Below, one piece after another: positions 1 to 10,977 of a stretch of 64,000 nucleotides of DNA (positions within the stretch are counted from its first letter, which is position 1; each line of letters opens with the position of its first letter). The DNA is from Lama glama (Eukaryota): the NCBI GenBank assembly GCA_028534125.1, contig CM052817.1:103666001-103730000 (forward strand), in the 5' to 3' direction. Made by a program: the position numbers and the translations under genes. Below the pieces are notes generated by a model. That model made no database searches, was not told the DNA's origin, and saw nothing but the letters and a program-made list of their open reading frames with translations.

Positions 1-753
1 GGGACCAGACGGCCAGGGGGAGGTTCCCCACATTTCTTCTCCGAGACACAACATCCTGATTGATTGCTTGTGCTTTCCGATCACTCCAGGAAGCAGTTAA
101 ACACAACCTCTCATTTTGCTGAAATGAAAAATGAGACAGAGACATTGTAAGACATTAATTTCATGCCATAAATAAAGGTCACATTACATTTAGGCAAATA
201 AATAATTCCTGGAAAGTGTCATTCTATTAGAATAGAAACTCAATTGGAACCAACTTGAGTTAAAGACAAAGGATACAGGGTCTCTTCTGACTCCAAGAGC
301 GGGATTCTGCACGGCCTTTGGAGGGCGGCGTGGACTGGAGTGGAACCCCCTTTGAGCATCTGCTTTATTCCTCTTTTGCTTTTGCAGATCACTTTTCTCT
401 ATTTCCCAGCCCACGTGGTAGTTTCAAATATATGATGAAGCTCAAAAATAGAAAACAAGGATGGGTGAGAGAGGATTCTGGAGGTCAAGGGAAGAGGTTG
501 GCATAAATTCACAAAAGGACCTTAATAAGCCTAAAACAAAACGAGAACAATCACAAAAGGCAGAGATGGATAAGGGAAAGGTGATTGTTGGCGGAACTTG
601 GGCACTGAAATGTGTGTGAATCCCTTTCTACTCTTCAATGCACCAGGGGTCTGTCCACTTACACTGGAAGAGTTTAAGAGGGACGTTGTGTCCCCAGGGA
701 AAACCAGGCTTCATCTGTGGTGAGGGAAGCACAGTGTCTGATCTTCAGAGGAA

Positions 754-847
754 CTTTCTTTTTAAACTGGAGGCACTGGAGATTGAACCCAGGACCTTGT
801 GCATGCTAACCATGCGCTCTGCCACTGAGCTAGACCCCGCCCCCCAG
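754..847 (-). mobile_element. tRNA-Ala-derived SINE (vic-1-like), short form lacking the usual 3' tail
   Basis: The reverse complement reads GGGGTCTAGCTCAGTGGCAGAGCGCATGGTTAGCATGCACAAGGTCCTGGGTTCAATCTCCAGTGCCTCCA, with A box, B box and an AGC anticodon loop. Perfect 12-bp TSD TCTTCAGAGGAA at 742-753 and 848-859. Confidence 0.9.
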
Positions 848-983
848 TCTTCAGAGGAATGTTGTTTATGACTCTGTGATGCAAGGATCTGCAGAGAGGC
901 CGTGAGAGGGGTTTGCACAGACTGCAAATAAACCAGAGATGTCTGTCCATAAACCGTTGACTTTTTTAAAAAAAAAAGTGAAG

Positions 984-1108
984 TTTTTTGTTTGTTTGTT
1001 TGTTTGTTTGGGGGGGAGATAATTAAATTGATTGATTTATTTTAGTGAAGGTACTGGGGATTGAACCCAGGACTTTGTGGCTCTACCACTGAGCTATACC
1101 CTGCCCCC
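984..1108 (-). mobile_element. vic-1-like SINE with anticodon-arm deletion
   Basis: GGTACTGGGGATTGAACCCAGGAC...GCTCTACCACTGAGCTATACCC plus the GGGGGGAGATAATT tail and a (GTTT)n poly-A remnant. About 15 nt of the anticodon arm are missing relative to the other copies. Confidence 0.9.
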
Positions 1109-2605
1109 TGACAGTTAAGCTTTCTATCCCATCAGTCTCTTTCTTTTTCTGTTTGGCTCAATGTTATTACTAGAAGCCAAAAAGTGAGCAGAGTAGAATT
1201 TTATATCCTCTCATCATTCATAAACATGATAGACACCTCTAAATAGTTTGGGAACTTTCCATTTTCATAGGATATCCTGTGTTGACCGCAAGAATCATTC
1301 CTTTAGCCGTATTACTATTTAATTTCCGCTGGTTCTTTCATCCAATGTTCAGGCATTGTTGAGCAATTTGTATTGTGTTGTGTGTGCAACTGAGCACGAG
1401 TCAGGACCCACTGGGCACTGCTCAGGGTATCCTGGGCTGCTCTGAGGGCCTGATCTGCGGATCATGTCATCTGTACACACAGACGGTGACATGGGCGCTG
1501 TTCTTTTCCTGTTTTTCTGTGGAGGAAACTCAACCACGGAGAAATTCAACCACCAGCCTTGGGCCACACAGGTAGGAAGTGGAATGTGAGCCTCAGTGTG
1601 TAGATTCCAGACCCTTCTTCTTAACTCAGTTCTCTCTCCAAAGGCTGCGATGTAAGTGCCCAGTTTATGATACACACTGAGAGGGTTTTCCACGAGGGAA
1701 GGCATGGTTGATTTCCAGGCATTTGACCTGACCTCCAAGAAGGCTGAATCGGTGAGGACTGGGAATGCTGAACTGCACAGCTAAACGACAGGGACCCACC
1801 AGAGGGTTGGAGATCTTGCAGCAAAGAGGGAAAGCTACCTCGGTGATGCTTTAGATGAGCAGAGTATTTGGCGGCCTGTGGTGGGAGGTGGGTTTAGTGG
1901 GGAGAACCAGGCGTGGGCGTGAGGGAGTTAGCACCCAGGTGAGAGGTCTTCGGACCAGTCTTGCAACTGTCTAGGTATGCAGTGATTTGGGCTGGAAACT
2001 ATGATTTCAGGGAATAAGAGGAAGATAAAACAGATAATACCTTCTGTATCCTACAGCTTTCCTTCCTTACCACAGCACACTTAATTATTCTGTGTTCTTT
2101 CCCTCTGAGACTTTCCCAGCAAAACGGGCATGTTTTCCTCTGATATCCGAGGCTCATTGGGCTCAGTTCCGCTGTTCGTGGCTTGAAAAGTAACTGCGTG
2201 GGACAAATGAAAGCCCGACCTTCCTTCTCTGTCTCTCTATGACAGACCTCGCTCAGCACTGCCAGTGGCTTCTGTGATGTTTGACGTACTCTGGGTATTT
2301 AAACACAAGCAGAGGCTTTTGAAGGCCTGGACGGTGTCGACTCATCTCCAGAAAATGACAAGGTCTGACCCCATCGCCCAAGGAACTACATAACAGGCAA
2401 AGGTGCCTCCGAAGCCCTTTCCATCTCTGCCCTTTCTCTTAGAGGACTGCCCTCCTGAGGGAAGTCTTAATGCCTTTACATCTTTCGGTGCTTTACATTT
2501 CAATTTGTACAGTTTGATTTTTTGCTGGTAATTCTTAACTGGGGCCTGTTGTCATTTGCAGGCTTTTGTTTTGTTTTTTTCATGGACCTCAGGCCACCTC
2601 TTTTC

Positions 2606-2907
2606 AAAATGAGTTATCCTGAAACATTATCTCAGTAAGTCAGACCTGAAAGGACAAATATTATGTGACTCCACTTACACAAGATGCCCAGAGGGTCAAA
2701 ATCATAAAGAGGAAAATAGAATAATGGTTACCAGGGCCTGGGGTGGGTGAGGGGTGTGGAGATGATTGTTTAGTGGGTAGAGAGTTTCAGATTGGAATGG
2801 CGGTCACACTACAACGTACTGCACTGAATGCCACTCAGCTGTACACTTACAATGGTTAAAGTGGCACACTGCATGGTACGTATATTTTATCATAATAAAA
2901 AAAGAAG
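2606..2907 (+). mobile_element. Old L1 (L1MB-like) 3' end
   Basis: AAGTCAGAC...AAAGGACAAATATTATGTGACTCCACTTA...GGTTACCAGGG...CTGTACACTTACAATGGTTAAA...AATAAAAAAA resembles L1MB 3' UTRs. Confidence 0.75.
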
Positions 2908-3200
2908 TATACTAACTTACCCGAATCCCCCACGCCCCCACCCCTTGTAGGACTGATCTGTCGCTGGCTTGGTTTCAGGGATCTCACTAATAATTCTATA
3001 TTGTTGAAACTCCTTTTGTAACATGTGCAGTTATAAGTATCTATTAAACACGAATCAGGCTCCACTACTCCCTTCCATCCAGGTATATAATTGGTCCTCT
3101 TTTCCTAGTACCTTTTCATAAACCTTATTCTCCTGAAAATTAGATCCACAAGGTGTAAAAAAAGTCATGGAAAAAAATAATTAAAAGAATTATAGAGCTT

Positions 3201-3315
3201 TATATTTAAACTAAAAAAATGTGCAGTATACTGTATATGTGTTTACATGCAATATAATGTGTATGTGCAATTGAACTGTAATAATTCTACATAATAAAAC
3301 TGAAAGGAGAAAAGG
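3201..3315 (+). mobile_element. Short L1 3' terminus, same family as 19747-19959 and 38452-38588
   Basis: Its reverse complement aligns by eye to 19791-19895. It ends in AATAAA and an A-rich tail, with TSD AAAGAATTATAG(A/T)GCTT at 3184-3200 and 3316-3332 and an L1 endonuclease site TT/AAAA at 3181. Confidence 0.75.
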
Positions 3316-3334
3316 AAAGAATTATAGTGCTTGA

Positions 3335-6129
3335 TGGTAGCAAATACTTTTTCCCATTCAGTAGGTTGTCTTTTCATTTTGTTGATGGTTTCTTTTGCTG
3401 TGCAAAAGCTTTTAAGTTGAATTAGGTCCCATTTGCTTATTTTTGCTTTTCCTTCCATGACTCTAGGAGCTGGTTTGAAAAAAATATTGCTGCAATTTAT
3501 GTCAAAGAATGTTCTGCCTATGTTTTCCTCTAGGAGTTTTAGGATATTTGGTCTTATATTTAGGTCTTTAATCCATTTTGAATTTATTTTTGTATATGGT
3601 GTTAAAGAATGTTCTAATTTCATTCTTTTACATGTAGCTGTCCAATTTTCCCAGCACTGCTTATTGAAGAGGCTGTCTTTTCTTTTTTTTTCTTTTCTTT
3701 TTTTAAATTGAAATATAGTCAGTTACAATGTATCAGTTTCTCATGTACAGCATAATGTCCCAGTCATGCATATATATATATATAATATATATATTCATTT
3801 TCATATTCTTTTTCATTAAAGGTTATTACAAGGTTATTATAGTTCCCTGTGCTATACAGAAGAAATTTGTTTTTTAAATTAATTTTTATGTACAGTTGTT
3901 AATATTTGCAAATCTCGAAACCCCAAAGTTATCCCTTCCCACCCCTTTTCCTTGGTAACCATAAGATTGTTTACTATGTCTGTAAGTCTGTTTCTGTCTT
4001 GTAGATGTGTTCATCAGTGTCTTCTTTTTTTAGATTCTGGGTAAGAGTGAGATCATATGGTATTTTTCTTTCTCTTTCTGGCTTACTTCACTTAGAATGA
4101 TGATCTCCAGGTCCATCCATGTTGCTACAAATGGCATTATTTTATTCTTTTTTTATGGCTGAGTAGTATTCCGTTGTATAAATATACCACATCTTCTTTA
4201 TCCAGTCATCTGTCAATGGACATTTAGGTTGTTTCCATGTCTTGGCTATTGTAAATAGTGCTGCTATGAACATTGGGGTGCATGTATCTTTTCTAATTAG
4301 AGTTCCCTCCAGATACATGCCCAGGAGTGGGATTGCTGGATCATATAGTAAGTGTATTTTTAGTGTTTTTAGGAGTCTCCATACTGTTTTTTATAATGTC
4401 TGCACCAAACTGCACTCCCACAAGCAGTGTAGGAGGGCTCCCTTTTCTCCACACCCTCTCCAGTATTTATCATTTGTGGACTTTTGAATGATGGCCATTC
4501 TGACTGGTGTGAGTGGTATCTCATTGTAGTTTTGATTTGCATTTCTCTAATAATTAGCAATATTGAGCATTTTTTCATGTGCCTATTGGCCATTTGTATG
4601 CTTTCATTGGAGAATTGCTTATTTAGGTCTTGTGCCCATTTTTGGATTGTGTTGGTTTCTTCGTTGTTGTTCTTATTAAGCCATATGAGCTGTTTCTATA
4701 CTCTGGAAATTAAACCTTTGTCAGTTGCATCATTTGCAAATATTTTCTCCCTTTCTGTAGATTGTCTTTTGGTTTTGCTTATGGTTTCTTTGGCTGTGGA
4801 AAAGTTTTTGAGTTTAATTAGGTTCCATTTGTTTATTTTTGCTTTTATTTCTGTTTCCTGGGTAGACTTCCCTAGGAGAATATTACTATGATTTATGTCA
4901 GAGAATGTTTTGTTTATTTGTTATAGGAGTTTTATAGTGTTTTGACTTATATTTAAGTCTTTAAGCCATTTTGAGTTTATTATTGTGTATGATGTAAGGG
5001 AGTGTTCCAACTTCATTGATTTACATGCTGCTGAAGTGACTTTCTTTTCTCCATTGTATGTTCTTGCCTCCTTAGCTTAGATTAATTGACCATAGTTTTG
5101 TGGGTTTATTTCTGGACTTTCTATCCTGTTCTATTGATCTATGTGCCTGCTTTTGAGCCAATACCATACTGTTTTGATGATTGTAATTTTGTAGTATAGC
5201 CTGAAGTCAGGGAGCATGATTCCTCCAGCTCCATTCTTCTTTCTCAAGATTGTTTTGGCTGTTCAAGGTCTTTTGTGTTTCCTTACAAATTTAAAAATTT
5301 CTGTTCCAGTTCTGTGAAAAATGTCATTGAGAATTTGATGGGATTGCAGTGAATCTGTAGATTGCCTTGGGTAATATGGCCATTTTAATACTATTTATTC
5401 TTCCAATACAAGAACACATGTAAATTGGTGCAACCACTATGGAGGACAGTGTGGAGGTTCCTTAAAAAAACTAAAAATATACTTATTATATGATCCAGCA
5501 ATCTCACTCCTGGGCATATATTTTGAGAAAACTCTAATTCTAAGAGACACGTGCACCCCAGTGTTCACAGCAGCACTATTTACGATACTCAAGACATGGA
5601 AACAACCTAAATGTCCATTGACAGATGAATGGATAAAGATGTGGTATATAAATACAATGGAATATTACTCAGCCATAAAAAGAATAAAATAATGCCATTT
5701 GCAGCAACATGGATGAGCCTAGAGATTATTATATTACGTGAAGTAAGTCAGACAGATAAGGACAAATATCAAATGATATCACTTATATGTGGAATCCAAA
5801 AACATGATACAAATTTTATTTACAAACTCCAAATAGACTCACAGACATAAAAAACAAACTATGGTTACCAAAGAGGAAAGGGCAGGGAGGGATAAATTAG
5901 GAGTTTAGGATTTATAGGTACACATTACTATATATAAAATAGATAAATATCAAGGACCTACTGTATAGCACAGGGAACTATATTGAATTTCTAGTAATAA
6001 CATATCATGGAAAAAAATCTCAAAAAATATATGTATGTATATGTATAACTGAATCACTTTCCTGTGCACTTGAAAATAACATTGTAAATCTACATGCCCT
6101 TCAATTAAAAAAGCAAACAAACAAAAAAG
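3335..6129. mobile_element. 5'-inverted (twin-primed) L1: ORF2 segment on minus (3335-~5415) and 3' end on plus (~5416-6129)
   Basis: ORF 3243-3623 (-) [21 protein letters not shown]...RQPTEWEK and ORF 5629-5850 (+) KKNKIMPFAATWM are L1 ORF2/3'-end remnants. A-rich tail at ~6105-6129. TSD AAAGAATTATAGTGCTTGA (3316-3334) vs AAGGAATTACAGAGCTTGA (6130-6148). Confidence 0.85.
3684..5031 (-). mobile_element. Younger lineage-specific L1 3' end nested in the inverted L1
   Basis: Poly-T at 3683-3705 followed by AATTGAAATATAGTCAGTTACAATG. ORF 4369-4593 [10 protein letters not shown]...[14 protein letters not shown] is the ORF2 C-terminus. Degenerate TSD at 3665-3683 / 5032-5050 (16/19). Confidence 0.85.
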
Positions 6130-7527
6130 AAGGAATTACAGAGCTTGAGAAACTGAGTTAAAATACTAAAAAAACTTTACCATCAGACTTCTCAAAAATT
6201 TTTATCTATTAACATACATAAAGAATATTCAAGAAGGGAGCATATCATGCATATTTTCCCAGCATTTCTGACCACACAACTGTTTAGTAACAGAAAATAT
6301 CTTGGGACTAAGATTCCTTGGATGACAGTTTTGGGGGAATAGAGGTCTACAGAGTGAAATCCAAGTATTTAGTATGACTTCCAGCATCTTCATGATGATT
6401 TCAACTAAAATCCCACCTTTTCTCACATTTTTCCTCACTTGTGTAGTATGTAGTCATATGATACTTCTTGATATTTTTGAACATAATTTGCACTCTTGGC
6501 TCCCAGGCACTTGCTTAGGCTCAGTTTGAAATAAACTCCTCTCATATTTATTCTCTGGAGACACTTCACTTCATTCATTTACCAGTTTCCCCTGGTCCTT
6601 TAAGTGTAAAGGAAATGTCTTTTTCTGTAATTACGATAGGAAACCTCTTCCATGAGCACTCATGATTCCCCTTGGCAGTACTATTAATTGTTCACAAGCC
6701 TCTTGTTAGGTGCTGTGAGTGCCAGGTACAACTCTGTCTTCCGCATCTTTGAATTTTCCACAGCCTGCTGTTATTCACATCAGATAGGTGCTCTGTGTGC
6801 ATATATTTACAAACTTGTACTTAATTACTCAGCAGCATCTGTGATGTATGGAGCTCTGAACCAGGTTCAATTGGCAGGATTAAAAAATACTGGTCACAGT
6901 TTCTGTTTGCTAGGAGATAGGGAACCAACATATGCAGAACTGAAATAATTTCAGGAACATCACAGAATGAAATAGCTGGTGTGAACAGTGGGCTAGAAAT
7001 AGAATACGTGAATGCCGAAGCAGTGGACAGTTAGAACCAACCTAAGCAGGCTGGTTTAGGGATCTCGTCTGAACTGAACTCTAAAGGAAGTGCCTGTCAT
7101 GGCTCAGGGACGTGGACCAGAAATGCTGTTTTCTTTTGCTGTCATCCTACTTTAGATCACCATCATCAAATCACTTCCTATCACCATCTCGTTATCAAAG
7201 AGCTGCGCATGGACTGTGCTGTCTGGTGATCTTGACTCAGCCTCCTAGTGTGATGGGCTTCCAGGGCTCGGTAGGATGTACATGTAGAGGGACTGTACTC
7301 CAGCACCTCACCAGTGATGTGATTTTCTTCTTTGATACTGAGGATGGAGTGTAAACGACAAAGGGAAAGTGACAGAGGTGTTTTATACTCTAGCAAGCCA
7401 TAATATATCAACCACATGATCATTCTGATGGAAAATGTTGTTTTACAAAGCATTAACTTGACCTGAACTTTAATGCCATGTTGACATTGTACTCTGGTGG
7501 CAAAAAGACTCATGGGTTTTTGCTCTG

Positions 7528-8153
7528 TTTTTTATTTATTTTTTTTCATCCCACAACTTTTTCTTTTAATTGAGTTATAGTCATTTTACAATGTTGTGTC
7601 AAATTCCAGTGTAGAGCACATTTCTTCAGTTATACATGAACATACATGTATTCATTGTCGCATTTTTTTTTCTGTGAGCTACCACAAGATCTTGTATATA
7701 TTTCCCTGTCCTATACAGCATAATCTTGTTTGTCTATTCTACATTTTGAAATCCGAGTCTGTCCCTTCCCACCCCCTGCCCCCTTGGCAACCACAAGTTT
7801 GTATTCTATGTCTATGAGTCTGTTTCTGTTTAGTATTTATGTTCTTTTTATTTTTTTAATTCCACATATGAGCGATCTCATATGGTATTTTTCTTTCTCT
7901 TTCTGGCTTACTTCACTTAGAATGACATTCTCCAGGAACAACCATGTTGCGCCAAATGGCATTATGTTGTCAGTTTTTGTGGCTGAATAGTATTCCATTG
8001 TATAAATATACCACATCTTCTTCATGCAGTCATCTGTTGATGGACATTTAGGCTGTTTCCATGTCTTGGCTATTGTAAATAATGCTGTTATGAACATTGG
8101 GGTGCAGGTGTCTTTTTGAAGTAGAGTTCCTTCTGGATATATGCCCAGGAGTG
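7528..8153 (-). mobile_element. Lineage-specific L1 3' end
   Basis: ORF 7837-8097 [37 protein letters not shown] is the L1 ORF2 C-terminus; T-rich tail at ~7528-7568. Confidence 0.92.
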
Positions 8154-9561
8154 GCTTTGGTATTATTTACTTAAATCATTCTGACTTTTAAGACATCAAG
8201 AAAGTCTTTGCAACTCCTGCTCTATGGAAGCCTACTGAAGGGGATTCATCTGCCTGAAGTGACCGCTGGCCTTCGCTGATTACTTGACCGTTACTTGACC
8301 TTTGCAAGCATCATAGACACTTCCTGCCACTGCCGGCGAGTGGCAGTGCCACAGGCTATCAATAGCCGGGACACACTGATTTTGGCAGCTCCAGTGATGA
8401 AAACTCAGAAGAAAAAATTGTTGAAAAAAAATCAAGGCACCTATTTGGTTACATCACAGAAACAATGGGGACATTTAGACCAGCTAAAAATGGTGCCCAG
8501 AGACATAATTGCATTGAAAGGATTGGTCATCTCATTTGATAAACCTCCCGCAGCCCACCTTCTCCGAACTGGGCATGTGTCTCACTTACTGGATGAAAGG
8601 CCAGCTGTGCTTCCTCTTGTGAATATTCAGCGCAAGAGAGAAGGCCAGCTTTCCTTAACACTGGCACGTCTCTAACGTTTCCTGTTACTGGAGTGCTTCT
8701 TTTGAATGAGATATTGAGCTATTACATTTAACCAAATAGTGCGCGGGAAGGTGCTTTGCAAGCAGTGGAGTAATTTCCAACAGCCATAACAGAATAACAT
8801 TTGATGCATTACGACATACTCCCAGCACTCCATTACATACACGACTGCTTTTATTGTCATCATTTGAGGCAATTTCTTGCTTTGGAATTTAGATCTTGCA
8901 TTCGGTTTGTAAAAGGGATTTCCCATATCCTTTGATAAAGGTGTGAGAGACGTTGGCAAAATGCAAGAAATGGAGAAGGCGGAGTGGTGGTGGTGTGTGT
9001 GGTAAGGGCGGAGGGAGAAGGTCCAGGAGAGGGAGGCTGCTCCTGAGAACAGGTATCATTCAATCGCTAGAATTTTAACGCCATAGGAGCCTTATTTCAG
9101 AGTAGAATCTTTGGAGGTCTCTAATCTGCAGAATCACTGAAGAGAGGAAAAGAAGGGAACTGCAACGGATTCGCCATCATTATTGGGTGAATTTGGTGCT
9201 TCTGTTTTTTTGACCGTATAAATAATGTTAGAAATAACTCTGACTTCAGCCTCTTCTATGTACTTCTGAATTGGGCGTATACCTTGAGATATTATTTGTT
9301 GAGCTCTTCTTTCTCCCAACATATTCCCCACTACAACCAACCAGAGAGTCCACGTGGCTCCAAGAAGAAGGAAGGATATTATAAAAGGATTAAAAAAAAA
9401 AAAAGCAAACAAGAAAGAGGTAGTCTTCAGTGTTCTTGACTTCAGCATAGGGCATTGGGAATCAAGGGAATAGCTGGGGCGTGTGGGGAACCAGCAGCTG
9501 ACACCGTGGAAGGAGAGTGCATGCAGAGTAGACAGTGGCTGCTATGAATGACGGCTGCTGA

Positions 9562-9670
9562 GGATCCGTGGATGTCACAATACCACGGATGCTACGGATG
9601 CTGTGGAAGCTAGGCATGCCATGGATGCAATGAATGCTATGGCGGATGTCGCGAATGGGGTGGATGCTAT
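9562..9670 (+). repeat. Degenerate 9-bp tandem array, consensus GGATGCTAT
   Basis: Units from 9587: GGATGCTAC GGATGCTGT GGAAGCTAG GCATGCCAT GGATGCAAT GAATGCTAT (GGC) GGATGTCGC GAATGGGGT GGATGCTAT; weaker units at 9562-9586. Confidence 0.8.
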
Positions 9671-9699
9671 GGTGGGATCGCTTCCTCCCAGGCTGGTTC

Positions 9700-9980
9700 G
9701 AGCTAGAGGAGCCGCCCAGGCTCAGTTTCAGGGACTTTAAATAGAGACTTGGTCAATGCTGGAAACCAGACCGACGCCGCCAAAGGCTGCTGACCGTCCG
9801 CGGAGGCAGTCCGCCTGCCGCCCGGGTTAAGGCGAGGAGACAGTGTCCACCCCGTCCACCAGGGTCCTTTCAGTATTGGCTGCCGACATAGGGCTCACTT
9901 GTTTTGCACAGTGATGTCAGGCTGTGTCTAACCAGTTCCACTTGGGTATCAGCCTACCTCCACCCCCTTAAATAGCCCAT
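9700..9980 (-). promoter_or_regulatory. Candidate promoter (CCAAT, GC box, TATA/MEF2-like) facing left
   Basis: Locally CpG-rich. On the minus strand: AGCCAAT (9881-9875), GGGCGG (9823-9818) and TATTTAAA (9743-9736) in canonical order, plus a second MEF2-like GCTATTTAAGG near 9966-9976. Confidence 0.45.
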
Positions 9981-10364
9981 TAGAAATTCCAAAGTTGAGC
10001 AATTTGCCTAAGGCATAAAGTCAGTAAAGCTCTTTCTAGGATTTATCCCAAATATGCAGTTAGGATTCAAACGCAGTCTAATCCGAGGAACGGAGCCTTT
10101 AACCACTGGAATATACAGAGAGCCAAGAAAAGGAATCGTGAAAACTGGCATGCGTGAACTCTGCATCTGTGACAGGCTGACCTCTGGACCCAGCGACCAG
10201 GTGCTTAGAAGGGGCACTTTCCACTAGTCATGATCTTGTGAAAAAATTTTTAAAAATTATTTATTTCTTAAGTATTTGGAATGGCTGTTTTAATAGATGT
10301 CGATGATAATAAGCTCATGCTTTATTCCAACTCTAACTCAAGAAATCATCACCGACCTTCTCTC

Positions 10365-10525
10365 CTGTGCTATTCTCTGAAGCTCCGTTTTTTGTTTTGT
10401 TTTTTTTTTTCCACTTGTAAAATTAAAATGAAACACCTACTGTACAGGGTTATGAGGATTAAATTAGATAACATGTCAAATGTCAAATTACTTAGCACAG
10501 TGTCTGACACACACAAGACCTAGAA
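10365..10525 (+). mobile_element. MIR SINE fragment
   Basis: TCTCTGAAGCTCCGTTT...TGTAAAAT...CAGGGTTATGAGGATTAAATTAGATAAC...CTTAGCACAGTGTCTGACACA matches the MIR core and 3' end. Confidence 0.75.
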
Positions 10526-10939
10526 AACTTGACTTATCTTCTCAGAAAAAAAAGAGAAAAAGTTCCTAGGACTATTTTCACGTATCAACCACATAGAAAG
10601 GTCAGTTCCAGAAAGAAGTGTATATCATTTCTGTTTAGTAACCATACCTCCTTATCTGCTTTGGACGTTTACCCAAATGCATCTTTCTTGCATGCTGATC
10701 CTGCTGAGGTCCTAAGTAGGGATTTCAGTGACTTCACAGAGGGGAGTGAAATAGGAGGCGAGGCAGCCTGTCTGCATGATCCTCCCTGGACTTTGTTCTA
10801 GGAAAGCCAGAGCTTGTGCCTCCCTCCAGCCCCAGACGTGCCCCGAGCTCTGTCCGCAGGATGGCCAGAGCCCCAGCCAGCATACAACCCAAAGCCTGTC
10901 TTTGAGGAGGCTGTAATTTGAGTTAGAGACCTCAAACTC

Positions 10940-10977
10940 ATGCATTTGATTACTTTAATGCATTTGATTACTTTAAT
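10940..10977. repeat. Perfect 18-bp tandem duplication
   Basis: ATGCATTTGATTACTTTA occurs twice, at 10940-10957 and 10958-10975. Confidence 0.95.

Noticed and set aside
768..840. Functional tRNA-Ala(AGC) gene (also the seven similar copies)
   Set aside because: The copies are mutated, carry A-rich tails and TSDs, and are dispersed: SINE retrocopies.
3243..8097. ORFs 3243-3623, 4369-4593, 5629-5850 and 7837-8097 (also 45933-46922) as host genes
   Set aside because: They are frameshifted LINE-1 ORF2/3'-end remnants or their antisense frames.
9134..9448. 104-aa minus-strand ORF with a hydrophobic N-terminus, superficially like an APELA signal peptide
   Set aside because: The Phe run comes from an A13 homopolymer, and the rest shows no similarity to the mature peptide.
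9448..9458. TAGGGCATTGG, matching part of miR-324-5p as I recall it
   Set aside because: Only 11 nt match, the seed is absent, and there is no precursor hairpin.
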